Below, piece after piece: positions 27,400-37,934 of a stretch of DNA of 64,000 bases. Made by a program: the position numbers and the translations under genes. The stretch comes from a bacterium (GTDB lineage Bacteria > JAHJDO01), in NCBI GenBank assembly GCA_018812485.1, contig JAHJDO010000103.1, forward strand, positions 3,929-67,928. Reading direction: 5' to 3'. Under the pieces are notes generated by a model that ran no database searches, was not told the origin of the DNA, and saw only the letters and a program-made list of their open reading frames with translations. Each line of letters starts with the position of its first letter. Within the stretch, counting starts at the first letter, position 1.

Positions 27400-28749
27400 A
27401 TGTACTCAGCAATAGTAAAACCCGTAAATAAATTATCCGGTACCATTTATGTTCCCGGAGATAAATCAATTTCTCACAGAGCAGTTATTCTTGGCTCTCT
27501 GGCAAAGGGAACAACAAGAATAACAGGGTTCCTTGAAAGCGAAGATTGCATGAGAACAGTCGAAATCTTCAGGCAGCTGGGTGTTGATATAGCTGTATCC
27601 GGAAAAAACGAAGTAGTGATAACCTCGAAAGGTCTTCATGGACTAAAAGAGCCCAAGGAGGATTTATATGCAGGTAACTCCGGAACAACAATGAGACTTA
27701 TGCTTGGAGTTCTGGCAGGTCAGAAGTTTACTTCAAGAATTACAGGGGATGATTCTCTTTGCAAAAGGCCTATGAGAAGAGTTACAGATCCTCTCAGGAA
27801 AATGGGTGCCAAGATCACAGGTAAAGTTAAAAATTATGACGAATATGCTCCTTTTGTTGTTTCAGGAGGAGACCTTTTGGGGAGAGAACATAAATCAGTT
27901 TTAGTTGCAAGCGCACAGGTAAAATCTGCAATTCTTTTAGCAGGTTTATATGCAAACGAAGAGACATCTGTCATTGAGCCTTTTAAATCAAGAGATCATA
28001 CAGAGAGGATGCTTGAATATCTTGGTGCGGATTTAAAAGTAGAGGGGAATAAAGTGTCAATAAAGGGAAGGGGACATTTAGTATCTAAGGATATAGTTAT
28101 TCCCGGAGACATTTCTTCTGCCGCATTTTTTATTGTAGCTACTTCATGTTTAAAGGGCTCAGAAATTGTAATTAGAAATGTGGGAGTAAATCCTACCCGA
28201 ACAGGTATAATTGATGTGATGAGAAGAATGGGCGCAGATATAGAATTAAGAAACGAAAAGACAATTTCAGGAGAACCTCGTGCAGATATTCTTGTTAAAA
28301 GCAGCAAACTTAAGGGAATTACTATTGAACCGGATCAAATTCCAAGAATAATTGATGAAATTCCAATAATTGCAGTTGCTGCCGCTAGAGCGCGTGGAGA
28401 AACTGTAATCAAAGGAGTCTCTGAATTGAAAGTTAAAGAAAGTAACAGGCTAATGGCAATTCATGACCTATTTCACTACTTTGAAATGAAGCTCAATGAT
28501 TGCAGTTCTAAAAGATTGGTTATTCCAGGAGAGCAAGATATGAAACCTCAAACCTTTTCCGGAGCCGTATGTAACAGTCTTGGTGACCATAGAATAGCTA
28601 TGACTGGAATTATTATGGGTCTTATGGCAAAGGGGAAAACGGAAAAAGCAAAGATATTTGATACAGATTGTATTAATACGTCTTTTCCTAATTTTATAGA
28701 AATATTAAAAAAAATGATTCCTGAAGGAACGATTAAAGTTGAGAAATAA
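27400..28749 (+). CDS. aroA: 3-phosphoshikimate 1-carboxyvinyltransferase (EPSP synthase)
   Basis: LSGTIYVPGDKSISHRAVILGSLA matches the EPSP synthase N-terminus. Size is 449 aa. Confidence 0.9.
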   Translation: MYSAIVKPVNKLSGTIYVPGDKSISHRAVILGSLAKGTTRITGFLESEDCMRTVEIFRQLGVDIAVSGKNEVVITSKGLHGLKEPKEDLYAGNSGTTMRLMLGVLAGQKFTSRITGDDSLCKRPMRRVTDPLRKMGAKITGKVKNYDEYAPFVVSGGDLLGREHKSVLVASAQVKSAILLAGLYANEETSVIEPFKSRDHTERMLEYLGADLKVEGNKVSIKGRGHLVSKDIVIPGDISSAAFFIVATSCLKGSEIVIRNVGVNPTRTGIIDVMRRMGADIELRNEKTISGEPRADILVKSSKLKGITIEPDQIPRIIDEIPIIAVAAARARGETVIKGVSELKVKESNRLMAIHDLFHYFEMKLNDCSSKRLVIPGEQDMKPQTFSGAVCNSLGDHRIAMTGIIMGLMAKGKTEKAKIFDTDCINTSFPNFIEILKKMIPEGTIKVEK

Positions 28750-29401
28750 GCTAACTATAGCTATTGATGGGCCTGCTGGTTCAGGCAAAAGCAGCGTTTC
28801 AAAGATTATTGCAAAAAGATTGGGACTTTTGTATGTAGATACAGGAGCTATGTACAGAGCGCTCACACTTAAGGCTATGGAAAATGGCATTAATATAAAA
28901 AAAGAGATGGCATTGGTAGAGCTTACACGTAATACAAAAATTGAGCTAATTCATCAGGAAGAGGGGACTGTTGTTTTACTTGATGGACAAGATGTAACAG
29001 AAAAAATAAGAGGTACTGATGTAACAAATAATGTCTTTTATCTTGCCAGAGCAGAAGGAGTAAGAGAGTGCATGAAGAGGTTGCAGAGGAAAATTGCAGA
29101 AAAAGGCGATGTTGTAATGGAAGGACGAGATATCACAACTGTTATATTGCCTGATGCAGACTATAAGTTTTATCTGGATGCTTCTTTTGAGGAGCGTGTG
29201 AAAAGGCGCAGGAAAGAGTTAGAACAAAATGGCCAGCAAATTGTGGAATCAGAACTCTCAAAAGATATAAAAATGCGAGACAAAAAAGATTTGACAAGAA
29301 AAATAGCACCTTTAATAAAAGCAGAGGATGCTATTGTTATTGACTCAACAGGAATGAGTTTGGAAGAAGAAGCAGAAACAGTCATATCCTATATAAAATG
29401 A
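28739..29401 (+). CDS. cmk: Cytidylate kinase
   Basis: The P-loop reads IAIDGPAGSGKSSVSK, followed by DTGAMYRA. Size is 220 aa. Confidence 0.9.
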   Translation: MRNKLTIAIDGPAGSGKSSVSKIIAKRLGLLYVDTGAMYRALTLKAMENGINIKKEMALVELTRNTKIELIHQEEGTVVLLDGQDVTEKIRGTDVTNNVFYLARAEGVRECMKRLQRKIAEKGDVVMEGRDITTVILPDADYKFYLDASFEERVKRRRKELEQNGQQIVESELSKDIKMRDKKDLTRKIAPLIKAEDAIVIDSTGMSLEEEAETVISYIK

Positions 29402-30006
29402 TATATACAGTAGCTAAATTAATTTCATATATTTTCTGTAAGATTTATTTCAGATTAGAAATAAAAGGCACTGATAATATCCCTAAAAAAGGGGGGGTGT
29501 TAGTGGCTTCAAATCATAGCAGTTTCCTTGACCCTGTTATTGTAGGTGTTGGAATATCCAGAGCAACTTATTACCTTACAAAACAAAACTTGTTTAAGAT
29601 TCCTATATTTGGATTGCTAATCAAATCCTTGCATACTATCCCAGTAAGGCGTGAGCAGGTAAGCATTTCTACATTTAAAGAATTAATTAGATCCCTACAC
29701 TCTAAAAAAGCTGTCATTCTATTTCCTGAAGGGACAAGAAGTATAGATGGGAAACTAGGCCAAGGAAAGATTGGTATAGGCATGCTTGCTTTAAAAGCAA
29801 ATGTTCCCATTGTCCCTGCATATATAGATGGAGCGACAAAGGCTTTCCCTAAATATGGTAAATGGATACATCCAAAGAGGATTAGAGTTATCTTTGGCAA
29901 GCCAATTATGCCTAATAGTAAAGACTCAAATAAGAATGACTATCGAAGAATAAGCGCTCAAGTAATGGAGTCTATAAATAATTTAAAAGAAAATATTACT
30001 TGCTAA
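29398..30006 (+). CDS. plsC: 1-acyl-sn-glycerol-3-phosphate acyltransferase
   Basis: It has the acyltransferase motifs NHSSFLDP (HX4D) and FPEGTRS. Confidence 0.8.
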   Translation: MIYTVAKLISYIFCKIYFRLEIKGTDNIPKKGGVLVASNHSSFLDPVIVGVGISRATYYLTKQNLFKIPIFGLLIKSLHTIPVRREQVSISTFKELIRSLHSKKAVILFPEGTRSIDGKLGQGKIGIGMLALKANVPIVPAYIDGATKAFPKYGKWIHPKRIRVIFGKPIMPNSKDSNKNDYRRISAQVMESINNLKENITC

Positions 30007-30076
30007 TAGGGAAACAGTCTGCTATTTTGTAGAAACAATTTTTGGGAAATTTTGAGAAAATAAGGAGGATTTTGGT

Positions 30077-31705
30077 TTGATGCAAAAGACTAATGGAGAT
30101 TTGGAAGCATTATATGAGCAGAGTTTTAAAAATATTAAAAAGGGGGATGTTGTAAAGGGAACAATTATTGAAATAGGACGGAATGAGGTAATAGTGGATA
30201 TAGGGTATAAGTCTGAAGGAGTAATCCGCATTGACGAGTTTAAGGATGCATCTAAGCTAAAGGTTGGAGATGAGATTGAAGTTTTACTTGAGAAAATTGA
30301 GGATGAATCAGGCTCAGTAGTTTTATCAAAAGAAAAGGCTGGACAAATGAAGTTTTGGAACGAGATCGTGGCAGCGTTTTCAGAAGAAAAAAGTGTTATG
30401 GGCAAACTGCTAAAAAGGATAAAAGGTGGGTTTTCTGTGGATATCGGAGTTGAGGGATTCTTGCCTACCTCACAGTCGGATATCAAGATAATTGCTGGTT
30501 TTGAAAATATGCTTAATAAAAATTTAGAGTTTAAGATTATAAAATTGAATAAAATGCGTAGAAATGTTGTGCTTTCTCGTAAAGAATTGTTTAAAAAGAC
30601 ACAAGTAGAGGATAGAGAAAAACTTTTTGAAGATCTAAAGGAAGGACAGATTAGAAAAGGATTCATTAAAAATATAACAGATTTTGGAGCATTTATTGAC
30701 CTTGGAGGAATTGATGGATTACTTCATATAACAGATATATCATGGGGACGCATATCGCATCCTTCAGATGTGCTTTCTCTTGGACAGGAGATAGAAGTTA
30801 TGATTTTATCAATTGATAAAGAAAAGAATAGAGTATCTCTTGGTCTAAAGCAAAAAACTACCAATCCATGGTTAGACATAGATAAAAAATATCCTATTGG
30901 TTCAAAGGTTAAGGGAAAAGTAGTGAATATTACTGCTTATGGGGCTTTTGTTGAATTGGAAGAAGGGATAGAGGGCTTAATGCATATATCTCAGATGTCA
31001 TGGACTAAAAAAATTATGCATCCCTCTGAGGTTGTAAATATGGGAGATGCAGTAGAAGCCATTGTTTTAAGTCTTGAAAAGGGAGAGGAAAAAATCTCTT
31101 TAGGGATAAAACAGTTAGAAGCAAATCCATGGGAAAAGGCAGAAGAAAAGTATCCTGTTGGAGCAAAGATTAAAGGCATAATTAGAAACATAACTGATTA
31201 CGGCGTGTTTGTTGAAATAGAAGAAGGGATAGATGGTCTAGTACATATCTCAGATTTATCATGGTCTACGAGAGCAAATGATCCGTCGAAAATGTTTAAG
31301 AAAGATGATGAGATGGAAGTTGTTGTGTTATCGATAGACTCTGATAATAGGAAAATATCCCTAGGCGTAAAACAGCTTACGTCTGATCCTTGGGAAGAGT
31401 TATCTGATAAATATAAAGATGAAATGGACGTAGAGTGTGGGGTGATAAAGATAACTAAGTTTGGAATTTTTGTTGAGCTTGAGCAGGGAGTAGAAGGTTT
31501 GATTCACGTTTCAGAACTGTCGGAAGGAGAAAATTTAGAGAAGAAATATGAAATTGGCACGAAAATCACTGCTAGAATAGTTAAAATTGATTTACAAGGA
31601 CGGAAAATAAGTCTAAGTATAAAAGAGTCTGGCAATAAGCAGAAAAAAGAAAAAATAAAACCCGAAGATACCAGAACTAAAAAAGAAGAAGTTAAAAGCG
31701 AATAA
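30077..31705 (+). CDS. rpsA: 30S ribosomal protein S1
   Basis: It contains six S1 repeats (G.V..I...G.FV patterns). An AAGGAGGA RBS precedes the start. The cmk-rpsA synteny is conserved. Confidence 0.9.
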   Translation: MMQKTNGDLEALYEQSFKNIKKGDVVKGTIIEIGRNEVIVDIGYKSEGVIRIDEFKDASKLKVGDEIEVLLEKIEDESGSVVLSKEKAGQMKFWNEIVAAFSEEKSVMGKLLKRIKGGFSVDIGVEGFLPTSQSDIKIIAGFENMLNKNLEFKIIKLNKMRRNVVLSRKELFKKTQVEDREKLFEDLKEGQIRKGFIKNITDFGAFIDLGGIDGLLHITDISWGRISHPSDVLSLGQEIEVMILSIDKEKNRVSLGLKQKTTNPWLDIDKKYPIGSKVKGKVVNITAYGAFVELEEGIEGLMHISQMSWTKKIMHPSEVVNMGDAVEAIVLSLEKGEEKISLGIKQLEANPWEKAEEKYPVGAKIKGIIRNITDYGVFVEIEEGIDGLVHISDLSWSTRANDPSKMFKKDDEMEVVVLSIDSDNRKISLGVKQLTSDPWEELSDKYKDEMDVECGVIKITKFGIFVELEQGVEGLIHVSELSEGENLEKKYEIGTKITARIVKIDLQGRKISLSIKESGNKQKKEKIKPEDTRTKKEEVKSE

Positions 31706-31747
31706 ACATAACAGTTTAGCTCCCGGAAGCCCTGAAAATTCTTTTGA

Positions 31748-32662
31748 ATGATGATAATTTTTTTTGTCCTAATATTTAGTTTATGTATAGGCAGTTTTTT
31801 AAATGTATGTATTTATCGAATCCCCAGGCAAAAGTCTATAGTATCTCCTCCATCTCTATGTCCAGGATGCAGTAAGAGCATAAAATGGTTCGATAATATT
31901 CCATTAATAAGCTATATTCTCCTTAGAGGCAGGTGCAGGGTTTGTAAGGAGAGAATATCTGCGCAGTATTTTATTGTTGAGCTTCTTACAGGAGTGCTAT
32001 TACTGTTACTGTATTTTAAATTCGGCATTAGTATCAAGTTCTTTGTATATTCACTTCTTTTTGCAGTATTTATAGTTGTTTCTTTTATAGATATTGAGTG
32101 GATGCTTATTCCTGATTTCTTTTCTCTTTTTGGAATTGCATTCGCGCTTTTAGTAAGCTTCCTTTATCCTCCACTAATGAATTCAGCATCAAATCTCGAA
32201 GCTTTCCTAAGATCCTTAGGAGGGGCTTTATTTGGTGGATTAAGTCTTACATGTGTTGCTTTTTTCGGCTGGTTTATTTTTAAAAAGGAAGCAATGGGAG
32301 GAGGGGATATCAAGTTAATAGCAATGATAGGAGCATTTATTGGATGGCAATATACTTTAATGACTCTTTTTATATCATTTCTTGCAGGTGCATTTTTTGG
32401 AGTAAGCTTTCTCATTATAGTAGCGATAGAAAGAGTAGGTGCAACACTTAAAAGAATAAAAAGAAAGAGCAGGGGACTCACAAAAAGGCAACTTTATTTC
32501 ATAATTCCCGCTAAAAGCTTGATTTATCAGTTGAATCGTAGAAGAGGAACTGCGATACCATTTGGTCCATATATTGTCCTTGGAGCAATTTTATCTATAT
32601 TATATGGAGACAAGCTTCTTAACATTTATCCCATTATTCTCCAGAAGATATGGGGGATGTAG
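31748..32662 (+). CDS. Prepilin peptidase (A24 family)
   Basis: It has the N-terminal zinc-finger CPGCSKSI...CRVC. Multiple TM helices and two catalytic Asp regions are present (FIDIEWMLIPD and GGGDIKLIAMIGAFIGW). Confidence 0.8.
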   Translation: MMIIFFVLIFSLCIGSFLNVCIYRIPRQKSIVSPPSLCPGCSKSIKWFDNIPLISYILLRGRCRVCKERISAQYFIVELLTGVLLLLLYFKFGISIKFFVYSLLFAVFIVVSFIDIEWMLIPDFFSLFGIAFALLVSFLYPPLMNSASNLEAFLRSLGGALFGGLSLTCVAFFGWFIFKKEAMGGGDIKLIAMIGAFIGWQYTLMTLFISFLAGAFFGVSFLIIVAIERVGATLKRIKRKSRGLTKRQLYFIIPAKSLIYQLNRRRGTAIPFGPYIVLGAILSILYGDKLLNIYPIILQKIWGM

Positions 32663-32797
32663 GAAAAGTAATTGGTAAATAGTGAATGGATACAGGCTGT
32701 ATGTTGAGCCGACCAGCTCTAGTGCGTCGTAAGCGAGACAGGAGAGTGTTTGCTAGTAGGTGAGGCATGCGGATTGTGTCCATCTGGGAGAAGTTTG

Positions 32798-34255
32798 GTG
32801 AATATTTGCGAAAAATTAATATTTGAACTTGGGAAAGAAGGAAGAAGAGCCTACACTTTGCCGCTGTGTGATGTAATTGAGCAGAATGTTTCTGAACTAG
32901 TTCCCAGAAAGTTCATTAGGAAGAAAGACGCTAACTTGCCGCAGCTTACAGAGTTAGAAGTTATAAGACATTTTACAATGCTTTCGAAGAATAATTTTAG
33001 TGTTGATTCTGAACTGTATCCGTTGGGTTCTTGTACAATGAAATATAATCCAAAAATCAATGAAGAATTGGCAGAGTCTATAGATTTCAGGGGTGTTCAT
33101 CCTTTTGCCTCAGAAGAGTTATCTCAGGGAGCATTACACATTCTCTATCATATGGACAAATTCCTTTCAGAGATTGGCGGTATGGCAAAAACATGTATGC
33201 AACCAGCGGCTGGCGCGCATGGTGAGCTTACAGCAATGATGATGATAAAGGCATATTTTAAGGGTAAAAAAGAAAACAGGTTTAAAGTAGTGGTTCCAGA
33301 CTCGGCACATGGAACAAATCCTGCCAGCGCTGCATTATGTGGTTATGAAGTAGTTGAGGTTAAATCCGATAATAGGGGAAATATTGATGTAGAATCCTTA
33401 AGGGATGTTGTTGACGAGAGCGTTGCCTGTCTTATGTTAACTAATCCGAACACATTAGGCCTGTTTGAAGAGCATATTCTAGAGGTGTCTGAGATTATGC
33501 ATTCAAAAGGCGGCCTTTTATATTATGATGGTGCAAACATGAACGCAATACTCGGTATTGTGCGGCCAGGTGACATGGGGTTTGATATAATGCACTATAA
33601 TCTTCATAAAACCTTTTCAACACCTCATGGTGGCGGTGGTCCAGGATCAGGTCCAATATCATGTAAGGAACACCTGAAGCCGTATTTACCAGTACCTCTA
33701 ATAGAGAAAAACAAGGAGCATAATTACTACTTTGAGTATAATTGTCCAAGATCAATAGGTAGGGTACACGCATTCTATGGTAATTTTTTAGTAATATTGA
33801 AGGCATATGTATATATCAGAATGCTTGGACCAGATGGTCTTAGAAATGTTAGTGAGAATGCTGTGCTTAATGCAAATTATTTGTTAACTAAATTGAAGAA
33901 TTATTTTGATGTATCGTATGACAGGAATTGCATGCATGAATTTGTTTTATCAGCACAACGGTTTAGGAAAAAAGGAGTAAGAGCACTGGATATTGCAAAA
34001 CGGCTCTTGGATTATGGCATACATCCTCCAACAGTGTATTTCCCTTTAATTGTGTACGAGGCATTAATTATAGAGCCAACAGAAACAGAGACAAAAGAAA
34101 CATTAGATGAATTCATAGATGTAATGATCAAAATAGCGCAAGAGATAGAAAACACTCCAGAAAAGGTTACAAATGCACCGCATAAGACTTCTTTATCAAG
34201 ACTAGATGAGGTTGAAGCTGCGAGACATCCTGACTTACAATGGTCATCAGAGTGA
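32798..34255 (+). CDS. gcvPB: Glycine dehydrogenase (decarboxylating) subunit 2
   Basis: Homology begins at KLIFELGKEGRRAYTLP, the typical GcvPB N-terminus. The PLP-lysine region is NLHKTFSTPHGGGGPG. The likely start is a GTG at about 32798 preceded by GGGAGAAG, and the ORF-track TTG at 32750 is an alternative. Confidence 0.85.
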   Translation: MNICEKLIFELGKEGRRAYTLPLCDVIEQNVSELVPRKFIRKKDANLPQLTELEVIRHFTMLSKNNFSVDSELYPLGSCTMKYNPKINEELAESIDFRGVHPFASEELSQGALHILYHMDKFLSEIGGMAKTCMQPAAGAHGELTAMMMIKAYFKGKKENRFKVVVPDSAHGTNPASAALCGYEVVEVKSDNRGNIDVESLRDVVDESVACLMLTNPNTLGLFEEHILEVSEIMHSKGGLLYYDGANMNAILGIVRPGDMGFDIMHYNLHKTFSTPHGGGGPGSGPISCKEHLKPYLPVPLIEKNKEHNYYFEYNCPRSIGRVHAFYGNFLVILKAYVYIRMLGPDGLRNVSENAVLNANYLLTKLKNYFDVSYDRNCMHEFVLSAQRFRKKGVRALDIAKRLLDYGIHPPTVYFPLIVYEALIIEPTETETKETLDEFIDVMIKIAQEIENTPEKVTNAPHKTSLSRLDEVEAARHPDLQWSSE

Positions 34256-35125
34256 TTTATTAATTTCTTCTCTCATTTTTATAAAATTCTGAGCTGTTTT
34301 GGATAAAACCTCTTCGGGAGAAAGATTTGTTTTCAGTTGCTCCAGAGAGAAAAATCCATCAAAATTATCCTCAACCATTATTTGCATCAGTTCCTTTATT
34401 GGCATATCTCCTTCTCCAAGATGCGCATATTCCCAGTTCTTATACATATCAGGTGCATGGAATTCATGCTTTTTCATCGGAAATGGATTCCCTTCACCAA
34501 TATATTTGGCATCTCTTGTATGCAAATGGGTTATTTTCCCTTTTATTATTGGATAAACTTCACGAGGCACATCCCCATTTGTTATAGAGTGCGTAAAGTC
34601 CCAGTTGATTGAGAGACCAGGTGCATCGGCTCTCTGGAGAATCTCATTAGCATTCTTCACCCTGCAAATATCATCATGTGTCTCAAGAGAAAGTGTGGTT
34701 CCGTATTCTGTAGCGAATTTTCCGCATTCCTTTATCCCCTTTGCAATTTTATCAAAGAACCTATCTCTGTTCTCTATCTTTGGTTCAGGAATAGTTCCTC
34801 CAAATACTCTGAGAAGTTTGATTCCGAGGTCTGATGCCAGAATGATATGCTGTTTGCAGTTTTCAATATTTCTGCGGTATTCAGCGTCATCTGGAGAAGA
34901 ATACTGAACAGAAGTAGCAAGGCAGCTTAAAATTATACCGCTATCTTCGCACTTTGTCTTTACCTGTTCACGCTCGGATTTTGTGAGACTTAGCTCAATA
35001 CCATGTTTATGGTTACTCTCTACCCTTGGCTCAAAGCCGTCAAAACCGTATTCTTTTGCTTTTGCAAGGATTGTATCTAAATCCCATTCTTTACAGCTAA
35101 AACTCATAAAACTACTTTTTAACAT
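34247..35125 (-). CDS. Sugar phosphate isomerase/epimerase (xylose-isomerase-like TIM barrel)
   Basis: The protein is 292 aa with a TIM-barrel AP-endonuclease-2 fold pattern. It overlaps the 3' end of gcvPB convergently. Confidence 0.7.
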   Translation of the reverse strand: MLKSSFMSFSCKEWDLDTILAKAKEYGFDGFEPRVESNHKHGIELSLTKSEREQVKTKCEDSGIILSCLATSVQYSSPDDAEYRRNIENCKQHIILASDLGIKLLRVFGGTIPEPKIENRDRFFDKIAKGIKECGKFATEYGTTLSLETHDDICRVKNANEILQRADAPGLSINWDFTHSITNGDVPREVYPIIKGKITHLHTRDAKYIGEGNPFPMKKHEFHAPDMYKNWEYAHLGEGDMPIKELMQIMVEDNFDGFFSLEQLKTNLSPEEVLSKTAQNFIKMREEINKSL

Positions 35126-35138
35126 TTGTTTTTCTCCC

Positions 35139-35954
35139 TCAATAATTCTTCATAACGGATTTCATGAACTTCACACTTGCAGGAACACCTGTTGTCTCAT
35201 CTTCCTCTCCCTCATATTCAAGCGCAACAAACCCATCAAATCCTGCATTCTTGATATGCTGAAGACATTTAGCATGATCCACGTCCCCCTTTCCAATAAC
35301 AGTCGGACGAAGTCCTCTTTTGTGAGTTGGATCCTTTTTAAAATCCTTGAAATGTACATACTTGCAGTATGGGGCAGCAATCTTTGTTCCTTCATCTCCT
35401 GTCTGACCGCATTGCATATAATTACCCACATCAATCGTAGCTTTCAAAAATGGGGAATTCATTTTTTTTATAACTTCTACCTGTTCTTCTCCTGTGCATG
35501 GGAGTCCGCCATGATTTTCTAAAGCCAATATAACATTGTTTTTCTCAGCAGAAGGAAGAACCAGTTCAATACCTTTTATTACCTTATCAAGTGCTTTCTT
35601 CAATTCTTCTGTATTGCTTCTGTCGCTAATGCTTCCACCAAAGATTCTTGAAACAGGAGCGCCTACATCTCCTGCGACGTCCAGCCATCTTTTGACTTTT
35701 TCCACCTGGTCATTAAATTCATCTTCTTCCTTATTGAAACTGTTAGACATAGAAAGGCCTGAAAGTTCAAGCGTTGTCTTTGACATAAGCGCATTTATCT
35801 GTTTTACGGCTTCTTTATATTCAGGCAGATACGCTACATGGAAATCTATGCCTTCAATTTCAAGTTTTTCAGCTTCAATAACAAATCTTTCCAAATTCCA
35901 TTCTTCTTCTTTAATTCTTCTATGATAACTATAGTGACAAAGCGATTTTTTCAT
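35139..35954 (-). CDS. Sugar phosphate isomerase/epimerase (xylose-isomerase-like TIM barrel)
   Basis: The protein is 271 aa and has the same fold family as its upstream neighbour. Confidence 0.7.
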   Translation of the reverse strand: MKKSLCHYSYHRRIKEEEWNLERFVIEAEKLEIEGIDFHVAYLPEYKEAVKQINALMSKTTLELSGLSMSNSFNKEEDEFNDQVEKVKRWLDVAGDVGAPVSRIFGGSISDRSNTEELKKALDKVIKGIELVLPSAEKNNVILALENHGGLPCTGEEQVEVIKKMNSPFLKATIDVGNYMQCGQTGDEGTKIAAPYCKYVHFKDFKKDPTHKRGLRPTVIGKGDVDHAKCLQHIKNAGFDGFVALEYEGEEDETTGVPASVKFMKSVMKNY

Positions 35955-35973
35955 TGTTATTCTCCTATTGTTA

Positions 35974-37020
35974 TTATACAGGACACATTTTATGGCACCT
36001 GTGTATCAGCGCAATCTGTCTTCTAACGCTTTCAGGCGTTATATACAGCGGTTTACCCTGTCGAATGGTCTTATAAACATCATTATAAAAGTCAGGATTT
36101 CGTGACGTCCCGCTTGGAACTTTCCATGTTTGCTCTTTCCATGGAATATCTTCTTTGTTATATGCCCGGTTTGGATCAGGTTTTGTGGAGACACTTCTAT
36201 TAGGAAGTTTTTTAGGATCAAAGTATTTCCATCTAAGTTCCTTAGCATTTCCAGCCAGAGTGCCCTGTGTTCCCATTATAAGCCAATGCTCCTGAGGATA
36301 CGCGCATGCGCTTGTCAGTTCCAGATCAATCATTGGCTGTCCTTTTGTCTTTAACATAATCTTTACATGGTCATCAGCATCTCCAAGCGTCAGTGTTCGC
36401 TCCAGATGGCAGAATACTTCTTCAGGGTCTTTTTCTCCAAATAACTGTAATAATACATCTATAGCATGCGGCGCAGTATTGTTAAGTGTTCCTCCACCAA
36501 ATTTCTTCAATGTCTGCCAATCCCAGCGTCTTCCAAAACCATGCCATGTTTGTTTAATCATTACTATGCGACCCAACTTCCCTGAATCAATAATCTTCTT
36601 AATCTTTAGAAAATCAGGTGTATAACGCCTGTTTTGGAAGGGGGCCAGTATCATGCCTGTCATTTTCGCGGTTTTAAGCATCTTATCTGCGTCAGTTAAA
36701 CTGGTTGCCATTGGCTTCTCACACACAACATGTTTCCCTGCTTTTAACGCTTTAATACTGCAACCTGCATGCAGATGCGAAGGAGTCGCAACAATCACAA
36801 GCTCAACATCTGGGTCTTTTATTAAGTCTTCGAAATTTGAATATATTTTACATTTAAATTCATCTTGTGCTTCTTTCTGTCTTTTCTTATCAGGGTCAGA
36901 AACTGCTACGATCTTATATTTATTCAATACTTGTCTGATCATACGAATATGGATGTCCCATCCACTCTTCCCAAGCCCAATAACCCCTACGTTAATTGCT
37001 TTATTTTTTTTCTTAGCCAT
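35974..37020 (-). CDS. Gfo/Idh/MocA-family NAD(P)-dependent oxidoreductase
   Basis: The N-terminal Rossmann motif reads INVGVIGLGKSGWDIH. EKP is present, and the C-terminal part is a GFO_IDH_MocA_C-like domain. Confidence 0.8.
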   Translation of the reverse strand: MAKKKNKAINVGVIGLGKSGWDIHIRMIRQVLNKYKIVAVSDPDKKRQKEAQDEFKCKIYSNFEDLIKDPDVELVIVATPSHLHAGCSIKALKAGKHVVCEKPMATSLTDADKMLKTAKMTGMILAPFQNRRYTPDFLKIKKIIDSGKLGRIVMIKQTWHGFGRRWDWQTLKKFGGGTLNNTAPHAIDVLLQLFGEKDPEEVFCHLERTLTLGDADDHVKIMLKTKGQPMIDLELTSACAYPQEHWLIMGTQGTLAGNAKELRWKYFDPKKLPNRSVSTKPDPNRAYNKEDIPWKEQTWKVPSGTSRNPDFYNDVYKTIRQGKPLYITPESVRRQIALIHRCHKMCPV

Positions 37021-37030
37021 ATTTTTTCCC

Positions 37031-37912
37031 TTATGTTATTTCTACTTCTTTGTTTGTTTTAGCTGATTTGTCAATTGCAAGCAACACCTTGACAGGCATG
37101 AGAAGCTCCTCGTCTGTTAAAGGGTTTTCGTTACTATTGATGGTATTTATTAATTTTTTAAACGCTTTATCGTAGCTATCCGAAGAATCTACCAGCAGAT
37201 GTCTGCTGCCTTTTTCACAGTGCAGGAGAACCTGAAACTTCCCCTTTCCTTGTCCAAGGAGATGAAGAGATACGACCCTGCCGCTTTCAAGTGTGGCTGT
37301 TACCCAGCAGTTCTTCTCATATAGTTTAGCATTAACTGTTTTCACGTCATATCCGAACCCGTTAAGAAGCATTTCAACAGTATGTATGCCGTAAAAAAAC
37401 ACCCCGCCATGTTCACTCTCGAAATCAAAGGGGCCGCCAACCATTCCTGAACAAACAGGTCCCAGCTCCTCGGTAGTCTGCCTGAAAAAATCCTGAAAAC
37501 TTGATGTCTGCCATACACTGGACCATGAAGAAAGCCATGTGTTAGTTTGGTGGCTGAGCTCTGTAAGTTCTTTTGCTTCTTCTAAGTCGCATGTTATGGG
37601 TTTATCAACAAATGTTGCAATTTTATTCTCTAGGAATAGCTTTGCATATTTCGCGTGATATTTAGCATGACGGTTCATAATAATAACTGCATCAACTTTG
37701 CCCAGCATATCCTCCGGCTTATCAACAAGTAAAGGAACCTTCCCTTGTTCCTGAACCTGTTTTACGTGCTCCAGAGTATCTCCTTCGCCCGGATATAGAG
37801 CTTCTACGAATGCACCATTCATAGTTTTCTCAACATTAAACCGCTTGCATGCCTGGTTCACATGCGAATTCTCCGTTCCGATTACTCCGAATCTTATTAC
37901 TTTTGTCTCCAT
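37031..37912 (-). CDS. Gfo/Idh/MocA-family oxidoreductase (divergent)
   Basis: It has IRFGVIGTENSHV and a VDKP motif. Size is 293 aa. Confidence 0.65.
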   Translation of the reverse strand: METKVIRFGVIGTENSHVNQACKRFNVEKTMNGAFVEALYPGEGDTLEHVKQVQEQGKVPLLVDKPEDMLGKVDAVIIMNRHAKYHAKYAKLFLENKIATFVDKPITCDLEEAKELTELSHQTNTWLSSWSSVWQTSSFQDFFRQTTEELGPVCSGMVGGPFDFESEHGGVFFYGIHTVEMLLNGFGYDVKTVNAKLYEKNCWVTATLESGRVVSLHLLGQGKGKFQVLLHCEKGSRHLLVDSSDSYDKAFKKLINTINSNENPLTDEELLMPVKVLLAIDKSAKTNKEVEIT

Positions 37913-37934
37913 TCCTTGCGTCTTTTTTTTATTT

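Noticed and set aside
31719-31735. GCTCCCGGAAGCCCT hairpin-like sequence after rpsA, considered as a terminator.
   Set aside because: It is not a true palindrome (only 3 bp pair at each end) and there is no U-tract.
32663-32797. Possible second glycine riboswitch upstream of gcvPB (GGAGAG ... CUGGGAGAAG elements).
   Set aside because: It lacks the conserved ACCGAAGGGG/CGCCGAAGG aptamer cores and the CUCUCAGGCAAAAGGAC segment. The GGGAGAAG is better explained as the RBS for a GTG start.
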